Positions 52,762-62,163 of a DNA stretch of 64,000 nucleotides are shown one piece after another. The DNA is from an uncultured Lachnospiraceae bacterium (GTDB lineage Bacteria; Bacillota; Clostridia; Lachnospirales; Lachnospiraceae), in contig CAMUYQ010000003.1 in the NCBI GenBank assembly GCA_947165025.1, forward strand, positions 54,747-118,746, read 5' to 3'. Every line of letters begins with the position of its first letter. Within the stretch, counting starts at the first letter, position 1. The notes under the pieces were generated by a model. That model saw nothing but the letters and a program-made list of their open reading frames with translations. It was not told the DNA's origin and did not search any database. A program made the position numbers and the translations under genes.

Positions 52762-53727
52762 ATGACAGAGAAGCAGTTTAAGAAGGGTGACGTGATTTTT
52801 CGTGAAGGGGATACAGGAGATACTCTGTATCAGATAAAGGATGGCGTTGTGTCCATATATGCGGCATACGGTGAGAGCGATCAGCAGCTTCTTGTAGAAC
52901 TTGGCAAGGACCAGTTCTTCGGCGAGATGGCAGTTATCGAAGCATATCCCAGAAGTGCAACCGCTGTTGCAAAAGAGGATGTTAATGCGATCGAGATCGG
53001 CTGCGGTCAGATAAGTGATTATTTCAAGAATGAACCCGACAGGATCATAGATATCATGAAGAGCCTCGGCGGACGCCTTCGTGACCTTACCGCTGACTAC
53101 AGCGATGTAAGTGCGACGATCAAAGAACTCGGTGCAAGCGAGGGTCAGGAGAAGAGTGCAGGACTTGTTGATAAGATCAAGAAGTTTGCAGGTGTTTACA
53201 AGAGAAGCAAAGCAGCTGATACGATCAGCCAGGAGACGCTTCGCAAGCTTTCACAGAGCGGACATGCTGACGGTTATACAACGAAGGTTGAGAAGTACAA
53301 AAAGGGAACCGTTATCTTCAAAGAAGGCGAGATCGGTGACTGCATGTACGACATTCACTTCGGAACGATCGGAATATACAAGGGCTACGGAACGGCAGAT
53401 GAGAAGCTTCTTGCCAAGCTTTCTACCGATGAGTTCTTCGGTGAACTCGGAATGATAGATAACGTTAAGAGAAGCGGAACAGCAGTTGTTCTTGATGATG
53501 ATACAACGCTTGAGACCATCACCGTTTCGGATCTTAAGAACCTGTTCACACAGAATCCTCCCAAGGTTGAGATGATCCTTGAGCACGTATCATACAGACT
53601 CAGGAAGCTCACGAAGGAATACATGGCAGCATGCGGTATCGTATCACGCGTTTCAGATGCCGGCGGCAATGTCAGTGATGATCTGAAGAACACTGTAAAG
53701 GGTTACACACAGAATCTTTATGACTGA
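52762..53727 (+). CDS. Tandem cyclic-nucleotide-binding (CAP_ED x2) protein without an output domain
   Basis: FFGEMAVIE..PRSATAVA and FFGELGMID..KRSGTAVV; ATG 52762 behind SD AAAGGTGG. Confidence 0.85.
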   Translation: MTEKQFKKGDVIFREGDTGDTLYQIKDGVVSIYAAYGESDQQLLVELGKDQFFGEMAVIEAYPRSATAVAKEDVNAIEIGCGQISDYFKNEPDRIIDIMKSLGGRLRDLTADYSDVSATIKELGASEGQEKSAGLVDKIKKFAGVYKRSKAADTISQETLRKLSQSGHADGYTTKVEKYKKGTVIFKEGEIGDCMYDIHFGTIGIYKGYGTADEKLLAKLSTDEFFGELGMIDNVKRSGTAVVLDDDTTLETITVSDLKNLFTQNPPKVEMILEHVSYRLRKLTKEYMAACGIVSRVSDAGGNVSDDLKNTVKGYTQNLYD

Positions 53728-54502
53728 TAAGCATAGAACTGTTATACAGGTTCAACCGAGGTATGATTTTCGTGAAGAATGGGAAGTACTTGCGGATAAA
53801 GAGAACCTGAAATATGAAGCATTGGATTTTTCAACACAGCCTGCTCTTAATGAGAGCGGGCTGTTTGAAGAATACAGCAAATGGTACGGCTCATGCAACA
53901 GGACCACGTCTATACACGGATTCTTCATCGATGTCAACCCGGCAAGCGGGGATCCCGATTTCAAAAAGCTGTCGCAGGACAAATGCATAAAAAGCTGTGA
54001 GACGGCAAAGATCATAGGAGCAAAGAATGTCGTGTTCCATTCGAGCTGTTTTCCTTTTCTTCGCGGAGTATATCTTGATGTATGGTCGAAACGCTGCGCG
54101 GATTTTTATCAGGAGATCGCATCAAAGTTTGACCTTAACATTTTTATCGAGAACAGTCCGGATATAGACCCCGGACCGATCGCCGCACTTATGTGCCGGA
54201 TTGAGGACAAGCGGGTCGGAGTATGCCTTGATGTAGGACACGCAAACTATTCATCGGCTCCGATCAGACAGTGGTTTGAAGAACTCGGAGAATGGATAGG
54301 ATATCTGCACCTGTCCGATAATAACGGTACATATGATGATCATCTGCCGCTCGGCGAGGGCAGTGTAAACTGGCAGGAAACCGATGAACTGTGGAGAAAG
54401 CTTGACAGAGACACGTACATAACTCTTGAGATCAACGGACTTGTAGCGGCGGGACGCGCCGTGAACTTCCTTAAAGAGAACGGATATTTCGGATATGAGT
54501 AA
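53720..54502 (+). CDS. Xylose-isomerase-like TIM-barrel (sugar phosphate isomerase/epimerase family) protein
   Basis: VVFHS, IENS, CLDVGHANY and HLSDNNG metal-ligand pattern; overlaps both neighbours. Confidence 0.7.
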   Translation: MTDKHRTVIQVQPRYDFREEWEVLADKENLKYEALDFSTQPALNESGLFEEYSKWYGSCNRTTSIHGFFIDVNPASGDPDFKKLSQDKCIKSCETAKIIGAKNVVFHSSCFPFLRGVYLDVWSKRCADFYQEIASKFDLNIFIENSPDIDPGPIAALMCRIEDKRVGVCLDVGHANYSSAPIRQWFEELGEWIGYLHLSDNNGTYDDHLPLGEGSVNWQETDELWRKLDRDTYITLEINGLVAAGRAVNFLKENGYFGYE

Positions 54503-55913
54503 AGAAGGCAAGGTAAAGACCGACGAATCACTTGAGGTCATCAGAAAAAGAATACTGACTGATATTTCCGAGGGCATCATGCTCATCGGATTTAACGGTT
54601 ACATACTGTACGCAAATACTACTGCTTCAAAGATACTCGGTATTTCCGAGGAAGAGATGGCGGGGCAGAGTTTTGCGTCGCTGTTTTTTGACAAGCCTGA
54701 GAATGACGAATTCTGCCAGGCAGTCATCGACAGTATATATGACAGGAACAGGCAGCACGATACGATACTGACATACAAAAACGGCGAGGATACGCTGACT
54801 CTCAGAGTGATGACTTCATTCTATATCGATGGTGAAGAGAGAAAAGGTATTATCGCGGTATTTTCGGATGTCAGCGAGATGATGGAACTTCGTGATGCCG
54901 TCAAATCGATGAAGAAGATACAGGCGCTCAATGACAAGCTTGAGCTGCGTAATAAACTTCTGTCCGAGACGTTCGGCCGTTTCCTTTCGGATGAGATTGT
55001 AAAGAAGCTTCTTGATACCCCCGACGGATTAAAGCTTGGAGGAGAGAAGCGTACGCTTACGATGATGATGAGCGATATAAGAGGTTTTACGGCTCTTTCG
55101 GAGAGAATGGATGCAGCAGACCTTATAGCGATGTTAAACCACTATCTCGAGGAGATGACAGAGGCCATACAGGATCACGGCGGTACGATCATCGAGTTTA
55201 TCGGTGACGGAATACTTGCTATCTACGGTGCTCCCGACTATTATGACGATCATGCCGCAAGAGCTGTTGCCGCGGCGATAGATATGCAGTCGAGGATGAC
55301 TGCGATCAATAAATGGAACGAAAAGAGAGGATATCCTCCGCTTGAGATGGGTATCGGTATCAATACGGGTGAAGTCATCGTAGGAAACATCGGATCGGAA
55401 AAACGTACGAAGTACGGTGTGGCCGGTCCCGCAGTCAATCTGTGCGGCCGTATCGAGAGCTATACGATAGGCGGACAGATACTGATCCCGCCTTCGACAA
55501 AGGATGCCATAGATGCCGAACTTGAGATCACAAAGGAAATGACCGTATATCCGAAGGGGGCAAAGGGAGAACTGCTTCTGTCCCAGATCACGGGTATCGG
55601 AAAGCCTTATGATGTGCATTTCAGTCAGGAGATCAGGAAACCGCTTCCTCTCACAAAGCCTGCCCCGGTATGCTTCTACCGGCTTGAAGGAAAGCACAAG
55701 CTTGAAGGCATGCTGTTCGGAGGTATCACCGCCGTTACCGATGACCGTGCGATGTTTGCAACCGATACAAAGATGGAGATACTTGACAATATCCAGATAG
55801 ATGCAGGTGGAGACCTGTACTGCAAAGTGCTTGAGGAACAGCCCGAAGGTTACCTTCTTCAGTTCACTGCGATCCCCGCAGGCTACAGCGACTGGATTGA
55901 ACAGTTCAAGTGA
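54495..55913 (+). CDS. PAS-domain class III adenylate/guanylate cyclase
   Basis: TLTMMMSDIRGFTALSE, EFIGDGILAIYGAP, GINTGEVIVGNIGSEKRTKYGVAGPAVNLCGRIES. Confidence 0.85.
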   Translation: MSKEGKVKTDESLEVIRKRILTDISEGIMLIGFNGYILYANTTASKILGISEEEMAGQSFASLFFDKPENDEFCQAVIDSIYDRNRQHDTILTYKNGEDTLTLRVMTSFYIDGEERKGIIAVFSDVSEMMELRDAVKSMKKIQALNDKLELRNKLLSETFGRFLSDEIVKKLLDTPDGLKLGGEKRTLTMMMSDIRGFTALSERMDAADLIAMLNHYLEEMTEAIQDHGGTIIEFIGDGILAIYGAPDYYDDHAARAVAAAIDMQSRMTAINKWNEKRGYPPLEMGIGINTGEVIVGNIGSEKRTKYGVAGPAVNLCGRIESYTIGGQILIPPSTKDAIDAELEITKEMTVYPKGAKGELLLSQITGIGKPYDVHFSQEIRKPLPLTKPAPVCFYRLEGKHKLEGMLFGGITAVTDDRAMFATDTKMEILDNIQIDAGGDLYCKVLEEQPEGYLLQFTAIPAGYSDWIEQFK

Positions 55914-55997
55914 AAACGGGTCATTATCACAACGCCTTCAAACGCCGACCGTTTTCTTGACTATGCATTACGCCGTATAATATAATCTTTTTCGGTT

Positions 55998-57221
55998 ATG
56001 TATGCTATAAGATTGGAACTTGGCCGCGAGCTGGAGGACATGCTTTTCTGCAAAATGCAGGCAAAGCGTGATGAAGAAGAGCTCGCAGTTGCAAGATATA
56101 GAGCAAAGAGGGCATGGTATCTCAAAAAAATAGGGATACTTACGGCGAACACAGGGTTCCTGATAGGGATCCTTGTTTTTGCGTTCATGGATATTTCCAA
56201 GTACCATGAACTCAGTGATCTGAGAGAGATGCTGTCGCACAGGCCTGTTTTCTATGCCGCTCATCCGATAGTTGACGTTACCGAGATAGAGGAAAAGCGT
56301 GAACGGATCCGTATGGAGGAGGAGCTGAAGAGTACAAGCTATTTTGCCGAAGCAAACGAACAGACCGAGCAGTTCCCGCAGTCCGTTGTAAGTGAATACG
56401 GAATAGTCATAGATATAAACAGCAATACGATACTGGCATCGCGTGAAGGCAGGACAAGGATCAATCCGGCATCGATGACGAAGATCATGACCGTTCTCGT
56501 TGCGGCCGAAAACCTTGCCGAGGACAGCCTTGAGGACACTTTCACGGTAACGCCCGAGATCAACTACTACAGCTATCGGCATGGATGCAGCACCGTCGGG
56601 TTTGCCGACAATGAGACGGTTACCGTTAAGGACCTGTTCTACGGGACGATCCTTCCTTCGGGAGGGGATGCCGCTGTGTCACTCGCAACATACATAGCAG
56701 GCGATCAGGATGCGTTTGTCGAGCTTATGAACAAAAAACTTGAGACGCTCGGACTGTCGGATACAGCGCACTTTACGAACTGTGTCGGACTGTTTGACAA
56801 CGACCATTACTGCACGTGCTATGATATGGCTATGATACTGAGAGCTGCGATAGCAAATCCATTATGTAAGGAAGTTCTTTCGACGAGAACATATACGACA
56901 ACGCCGACGGACATACATCCGAACGGTATCGAGATATCAAACTGGTTTTTGAGAAGATCCGAGGATAAGCCGATCGGAGCCGAGATGACATGCGCCAAGA
57001 CCGGTTACGTCAAGGAATCAGGCAACTGTGCAGCCAGCTATGCCACGGACAACAACGGCCGCGACATAATAGTCGTTACCGGAAAGTCAACAAGCAGCTG
57101 GAGATGCATATACGATCATGTTGACCTGTACAGGAAGTATATGCCGTCCTATGATCCTTCAGACACCGATACGGCAGAGGAGTCCCTCGAGGCCGCAAAC
57201 GGCGCAGCCATAGATGAATAA
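55998..57221 (+). CDS. Serine-type D-Ala-D-Ala carboxypeptidase (PBP5-like), membrane-anchored
   Basis: SxxK (PASMTKIMT), LPSGGDAA, KTG (CAKTGYV); N-terminal TM helix. Start uncertain, as several in-frame ATGs precede the helix. Confidence 0.8.
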   Translation: MYAIRLELGRELEDMLFCKMQAKRDEEELAVARYRAKRAWYLKKIGILTANTGFLIGILVFAFMDISKYHELSDLREMLSHRPVFYAAHPIVDVTEIEEKRERIRMEEELKSTSYFAEANEQTEQFPQSVVSEYGIVIDINSNTILASREGRTRINPASMTKIMTVLVAAENLAEDSLEDTFTVTPEINYYSYRHGCSTVGFADNETVTVKDLFYGTILPSGGDAAVSLATYIAGDQDAFVELMNKKLETLGLSDTAHFTNCVGLFDNDHYCTCYDMAMILRAAIANPLCKEVLSTRTYTTTPTDIHPNGIEISNWFLRRSEDKPIGAEMTCAKTGYVKESGNCAASYATDNNGRDIIVVTGKSTSSWRCIYDHVDLYRKYMPSYDPSDTDTAEESLEAANGAAIDE

Positions 57222-57310
57222 TGTGATAAATCACAATTTTTAAAAAAAATCACAAAAAAATAAAGGAAAAGAAAGGTCTTCACGTAATATTACAAGTGGA
57301 GACTTTTTTT

Positions 57311-58321
57311 ATGAGAATCAGGGAAGAAATAGAACAGTGGGAAGATAAGTATCTGTCCCCCTATGCATCCAAGAGCATGAATTCAAAGGGCAGGGATGTC
57401 GCCGAAGAGGAATGCGACATAAGGCCCGTATATCAGAGAGACAGGGACAGGATCCTTCACAGCAATTCCTTCAGAAGACTCAAGGACAAGACTCAGGTTT
57501 TTCTGGCACCCGAAGGTGATCATTACAGGACACGTCTGACACATACCCTGGAAGTATCACAAAACGCAAGAACGATAGCCAAGGCCCTTCGCCTTAATGA
57601 GGACCTTACGGAGGCGATCGCGCTCGGACATGACATAGGACACACACCGTTCGGTCATGCAGGTGAAAGGGCGCTTGCGCGTGTCTGCCCCGGGGGTTTT
57701 GAACATAACGTCCAGTCGGTCCGTGTCGTTGAAGTGCTCGAAAAGCGCGGAGCAGGCCTCAATCTGACCTGGGAAGTGCGTGACGGTATCAGGAACCACA
57801 AGACAAAAGGTATGCCGTCAACACTCGAAGGCAGGATAGTCAGATATTCCGACAAGATCGCCTATATACACCACGACATGGATGATGCCATAAGAGGCAG
57901 GATCCTGTGCGAGGAAGATATCCCCAAAGAGCTCAGGAATACGCTCGGTGACACGACAACAAAGCGTTTTGACTGTTTTACGCATGATATTATCAGGAAC
58001 TCGGCCGATAAGAACGATATCTGCATGTCGGATGAGATTTCACAGGCGATGAGCGAACTTCGGCAGTTCATGTTTGACAACGTATATACGAATCCGAAGG
58101 TCAAGAGTGAGGAAGTAAAGGCGGAGCGCCTTGTGGAGTTTCTGTACGAGCATTTCCTTCACAATCACGAGAAGCTTCCGGAAGAGTACATGGTGCTCGT
58201 AAATGAGCGCGGTACGAGCCTTGAAAGAGCTGTTTGTGACTACGTTTCTTCAATGTCTGACAGATATGCGGTCGCAGTGTTCAATGATATGTTCCTGCCA
58301 AGCTCCTGGAAGGAGATGTGA
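57311..58321 (+). CDS. dgt: dGTP triphosphohydrolase-like HD-domain protein
   Basis: RTRLTHTLEVSQ, GHDIGHTPFGHAGE, DKIAYIHHDMDD; positioned upstream of dnaG, as is common in Clostridia. Confidence 0.85.
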   Translation: MRIREEIEQWEDKYLSPYASKSMNSKGRDVAEEECDIRPVYQRDRDRILHSNSFRRLKDKTQVFLAPEGDHYRTRLTHTLEVSQNARTIAKALRLNEDLTEAIALGHDIGHTPFGHAGERALARVCPGGFEHNVQSVRVVEVLEKRGAGLNLTWEVRDGIRNHKTKGMPSTLEGRIVRYSDKIAYIHHDMDDAIRGRILCEEDIPKELRNTLGDTTTKRFDCFTHDIIRNSADKNDICMSDEISQAMSELRQFMFDNVYTNPKVKSEEVKAERLVEFLYEHFLHNHEKLPEEYMVLVNERGTSLERAVCDYVSSMSDRYAVAVFNDMFLPSSWKEM

Positions 58322-58330
58322 ACGGCAGAA

Positions 58331-58469
58331 AGGAGGGACCCGCGAAGCGGGAGGATTCCTTACTGCACGACGAGCGCCATTACCGAAGGTAATTCTCATG
58401 CGCGAGTCTCCGATACCGCGAGCCCCATTCTGCGAAGCAGAATTTAAATGGCGAGCGTCCGATAAGAGG
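58331..58469. repeat. Structured intergenic repeat element, copy 2 (long form, inverted relative to copy 1)
   Basis: Three short hairpins with CGAAG-type loops (CCCGC-GAA-GCGGG, ATTACC-GAA-GGTAAT, TTCTGC-GAA-GCAGAA). The core 58363-58411 is the reverse complement of 6646-6695. Confidence 0.6.
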
Positions 58470-58474
58470 TTAAT

Positions 58475-60277
58475 ATGTACTACCCCGACGAAATTGTGGA
58501 AGAAGTCCGACAGCGCAACGATATAGTCGATGTTATTTCTTCTTACGTACGTTTAAATAAAAAGGGCAGCAATTATTTCGGATTGTGCCCGTTTCATAAC
58601 GAAAAGACCGGATCGTTCTCGGTAACGCCCTCAAAGCAGATGTACTACTGCTTCGGATGCGGTAAGGGCGGTAACGTCATAACGTTCATTCAGGATTATG
58701 AGAACATGACATTTACCGAGGCCGTCAGGATGCTTGCTGACCGCGCAGGGATGACACTTCCCGAGACCCGCTCCGATGAAGCCCGTGAGCGTGAGAACAA
58801 AAGGGCACAGCTGCTTGCCGTCAACAGGGAAGCAGGCAAGTATTATTACGCACAGCTTCGCAGTCCTGCCGGAGAGAGAGGACTTGAATATTTCAGGAAG
58901 AGAGGCCTCTCGGATGAGACGATGCAGCGTTTCGGTCTCGGATTTGCCAGATCCTCAAGGGATGAGACGTTCAGATATCTGAAGAGTAAAGGCTTTTCGG
59001 ATGAGGTATTAAGAGAGAGCGGTCTGTTCAACCACAGAGAAAATCAAGGGATGACGGACAAATTCTGGAACCGTGTCATCTTCCCGATAATGGATACGGG
59101 TCAGAGGATCATCGGATTCGGCGGAAGAGTGATGGGTGACGGAGAACCGAAATACCTGAACTCCCCGGAGACACCGGTATTTGACAAGAGTCGGAACCTT
59201 TACGGACTTAACATCGCAAAGTCCACGAAGGCTAAAAATATGATCATCTGCGAAGGATACATGGATGTCATCGCACTGCATCAGGCAGGATTCGATCAGG
59301 CGGTTGCTTCACTCGGAACCGCATTTACTTCCGGACACGCAAACCTGATAGCCAGATACGCAAAAGAGAATGTAAGGCCCGGTGAGATAGCAAGATACAA
59401 AGATATCCTTCTTTGCTATGACTCTGACGGTGCGGGAGTTGAGGCGGCAAAAAGGGCGCTTACGACACTTCGAACGGCAGGTCTTTCGGCAAAGGTCATC
59501 GACATGAAACCGTACAAGGATCCCGACGAGTTCATCAAAAACCTCGGAGCCGAAGAGTTTGCAAAGCGTATCGAAAACGCCGAAAACGGATTCATGTATG
59601 AGATAAGGCAGCTCGAGAGTGAGTATGACCTTAAGGATCCTTCAAAAAAAAGCCGTTTTATCACGGATGTGGCGACAAGGCTGCTCCGTTTTGAAGACCC
59701 CGTCGAACGCGACGGATATGCCGGAAATATCGCATACAAATATGACGTTTCGCCTGACTCGTTAAACGAGGTCATCAGGAAGCAGGCGGTAGAGATGGGT
59801 GGCATCACCATCGCACCAAAACCGATGCCGACAAGAGGCGAAAAGGGAAGCCTTGACGATGCGACCCGGCTCCCTCAGTCACGACTTCTGTCATGGATAT
59901 GTGACGCCCCTGAAGTTTACGGGATCGTCAGCCGATATATAAGCGCGGATGATTTTTCCGATCCGCTGTACCGTAAGGTAGCCACGATACTGTTCGACCA
60001 GCTCGATAATGACCGGTTTGATCCGGCGAACGTTGTAAGCATGTTCACTGAAGAGGAGGAGCAGCGGCAGATCGCGGAGGCTTTTCACCAGAATATCGGA
60101 CATCTGGAAAGCGTTCAGATGAGAGAAAATGCACTGAAGGATCTGATGCTGAACGTAAAAAGGCTCTCACTCATGAGAGATGACCGCAAGGACAATGATT
60201 TTAACAGGATCATCACGATCCGCAAAGAGCTCGAAGAGCTTGAACGCGCCCATATCAGCCTGGGTGATAATGAATAG
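58475..60277 (+). CDS. dnaG: DNA primase
   Basis: Zinc-ribbon CPFHNEKTGSFSV...YCFGCG, TOPRIM EGYMDV...DSDGAG; 600 aa. Confidence 0.95.
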   Translation: MYYPDEIVEEVRQRNDIVDVISSYVRLNKKGSNYFGLCPFHNEKTGSFSVTPSKQMYYCFGCGKGGNVITFIQDYENMTFTEAVRMLADRAGMTLPETRSDEARERENKRAQLLAVNREAGKYYYAQLRSPAGERGLEYFRKRGLSDETMQRFGLGFARSSRDETFRYLKSKGFSDEVLRESGLFNHRENQGMTDKFWNRVIFPIMDTGQRIIGFGGRVMGDGEPKYLNSPETPVFDKSRNLYGLNIAKSTKAKNMIICEGYMDVIALHQAGFDQAVASLGTAFTSGHANLIARYAKENVRPGEIARYKDILLCYDSDGAGVEAAKRALTTLRTAGLSAKVIDMKPYKDPDEFIKNLGAEEFAKRIENAENGFMYEIRQLESEYDLKDPSKKSRFITDVATRLLRFEDPVERDGYAGNIAYKYDVSPDSLNEVIRKQAVEMGGITIAPKPMPTRGEKGSLDDATRLPQSRLLSWICDAPEVYGIVSRYISADDFSDPLYRKVATILFDQLDNDRFDPANVVSMFTEEEEQRQIAEAFHQNIGHLESVQMRENALKDLMLNVKRLSLMRDDRKDNDFNRIITIRKELEELERAHISLGDNE

Positions 60278-60286
60278 CAGAGGAGA

Positions 60287-61411
60287 ATGAAAATGGAAGA
60301 CGAAATGCAGAAAAAATTTGAGGAACGGCTGCTCGAACTCAAAGCTTTTGCGAAGAAGAAAAAGAATGTGCTCGAGCCGGGTGAGATCGCTGATTTCTTC
60401 AGTGAATTCGAACTCGACGACGACAACTTCGACAGGATCTATGAGTTTATGGAGCAGAACAGCATCGATCTTCTCCGTATCGTTGAAGAGGAGGAAGAAG
60501 ATGTTCCCGATGATGAGATCGACCTTTCCGAAGAGGAAGAGGTTGATGTCGAGAATATCGATCTGTCGGTTCCCGACGGTGTGTCCATCGAAGACCCTGT
60601 CAGAATGTATCTGAAGGAGATAGGTAAGGTACCGCTCCTTAGCGCGGAAGAGGAGATCGAACTTGCAAAGCGAATGGAAGAGGGCGACGAGGAAGCCAAG
60701 AAGAGACTGGCAGAGGCCAATCTGAGACTCGTCGTTTCGATCGCCAAGCGTTATGTGGGCCGCGGAATGCTGTTCCTTGATCTGATCCAGGAAGGCAATC
60801 TCGGACTTATCAAAGCCGTTGAAAAGTTTGATTACACAAAGGGATACAAGTTCAGTACATATGCAACATGGTGGATCCGTCAGGCCATCACGCGCGCCAT
60901 CGCGGATCAGGCAAGGACTATCAGGATCCCGGTACATATGGTCGAGACGATCAATAAGCTCATCAGAGTGAGCCGTCAGCTCCTTCAGGAGCTCGGAAGG
61001 GAACCAACCCCTGAGGAGATCGCTGCGGAGATGAACCTTCCGGTTGAGCGTGTCAGGGAGATACTCAAGATATCACAGGAGCCTGTTTCGCTCGAGACTC
61101 CGATCGGTGAGGAAGAAGACAGTCATCTCGGTGATTTTATACAGGACGATAATGTTCCGGTGCCTGCAGAGGCCGCTGCGTTCACGCTTCTTAAAGAGCA
61201 GCTCGTCGAGGTTCTCGAAACGCTCACCGACAGAGAGCAGAAGGTGCTTCGTCTCCGCTTCGGACTTGATGACGGAAGAGCACGCACACTCGAGGAAGTA
61301 GGTAAGGAGTTTAAGGTAACACGTGAGCGTATCAGACAGATCGAGGCAAAGGCTTTAAGAAAGCTTCGTCATCCGTCGCGCTCCAAGAAGCTTAAGGATT
61401 ATCTGGATTAA
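60287..61411 (+). CDS. sigA: Primary RNA polymerase sigma factor (sigma-70/SigA)
   Basis: Region 2 [37 protein letters not shown], region 4 [29 protein letters not shown]. The start could be the third codon, ATG 60293. Confidence 0.95.
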   Translation: MKMEDEMQKKFEERLLELKAFAKKKKNVLEPGEIADFFSEFELDDDNFDRIYEFMEQNSIDLLRIVEEEEEDVPDDEIDLSEEEEVDVENIDLSVPDGVSIEDPVRMYLKEIGKVPLLSAEEEIELAKRMEEGDEEAKKRLAEANLRLVVSIAKRYVGRGMLFLDLIQEGNLGLIKAVEKFDYTKGYKFSTYATWWIRQAITRAIADQARTIRIPVHMVETINKLIRVSRQLLQELGREPTPEEIAAEMNLPVERVREILKISQEPVSLETPIGEEEDSHLGDFIQDDNVPVPAEAAAFTLLKEQLVEVLETLTDREQKVLRLRFGLDDGRARTLEEVGKEFKVTRERIRQIEAKALRKLRHPSRSKKLKDYLD

Positions 61412-61414
61412 TAT

Positions 61415-62149
61415 ATGGCAGTACTGTCCGACAGGTTAAAAGCCGTTGCAAAAATGATCACGCCGGGAATACCGGTCGCAGACATAGGATGCGATCATGC
61501 GTACCTGCCGATCCGGCTTATAGAAGAGGACATAAGCCCGCGCGTTATCGCGTGCGACATCAACTCCGGGCCGGTCAGAACGGCTAAGGAAAATATCAGC
61601 GATGCCGAGCTTTCCTCAAAGATCGAGGTGCGTCAGGGTGACGGACTGTCTGTACTGTCGCCGGGAGAGGTCGGATGCATCGTGATGGCCGGCATGGGCG
61701 GAAGGCTGATGATAAAGATACTCAGTGAAGGCACGGATGTGCTTGAGAGCGTATCGGAGATCATCATGGAGCCGCAGTCGGAGGTCGCTGAACTCAGACA
61801 TTTTCTTCAGGACTCCGGCTACAGGATAATCAGCGAGAACATGGTCTGTGATAACAACAAGTTCTATCCGCTTATCAAGGCCGTTCATGGCAGCATGAAC
61901 TGGGACAAGGAAGTATATTTCAGGTATGGCAAGATACTTCTTCGGGAAGAAAATCCTGTGCTGCATGAATTTCTGCTGATCGAAAAAGAGTACTGCTCCG
62001 ATCTTTTAAAGGAACTGGCGCAGAATGAAGATGTACCGCATATTTTTGTGCGGATGGAAGAGGTAAAAACGGACCTGGCGCTCAATGCGGATGCGCTTCA
62101 GCTCGTATCCGAGCCGGGACTGTTTGAGGATACAAGAATACTATCCTAA
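61415..62149 (+). CDS. trmK: tRNA (adenine22-N1)-methyltransferase
   Basis: DIGCDHAYLPI, ACDINSGP, GMGG; conserved position after sigA. Confidence 0.8.
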   Translation: MAVLSDRLKAVAKMITPGIPVADIGCDHAYLPIRLIEEDISPRVIACDINSGPVRTAKENISDAELSSKIEVRQGDGLSVLSPGEVGCIVMAGMGGRLMIKILSEGTDVLESVSEIIMEPQSEVAELRHFLQDSGYRIISENMVCDNNKFYPLIKAVHGSMNWDKEVYFRYGKILLREENPVLHEFLLIEKEYCSDLLKELAQNEDVPHIFVRMEEVKTDLALNADALQLVSEPGLFEDTRILS

Positions 62150-62163
62150 GGAGGGGAAGTTAC

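Noticed and set aside
57222-57235. TGTGA-N4-TCACA palindrome upstream of dgt, considered as a CRP/FNR-type site linked to the nearby cAMP module
   Set aside because: The spacer is 4 nt rather than the 6 nt of CRP-family sites. The nearby cNMP-binding protein also has no DNA-binding domain.
60167-60937. 256-aa minus-strand ORF (and other antisense ORFs, e.g. 21614-22183, 44930-45496, 55968-56582, 14297-14701)
   Set aside because: All lie antisense to strongly supported genes (sigA, the Ca-binding protein, PAS-GGDEF, the carboxypeptidase, the coiled-coil protein). They are open mainly because of the purine-rich GAA/AAG codon bias of the sense strand.
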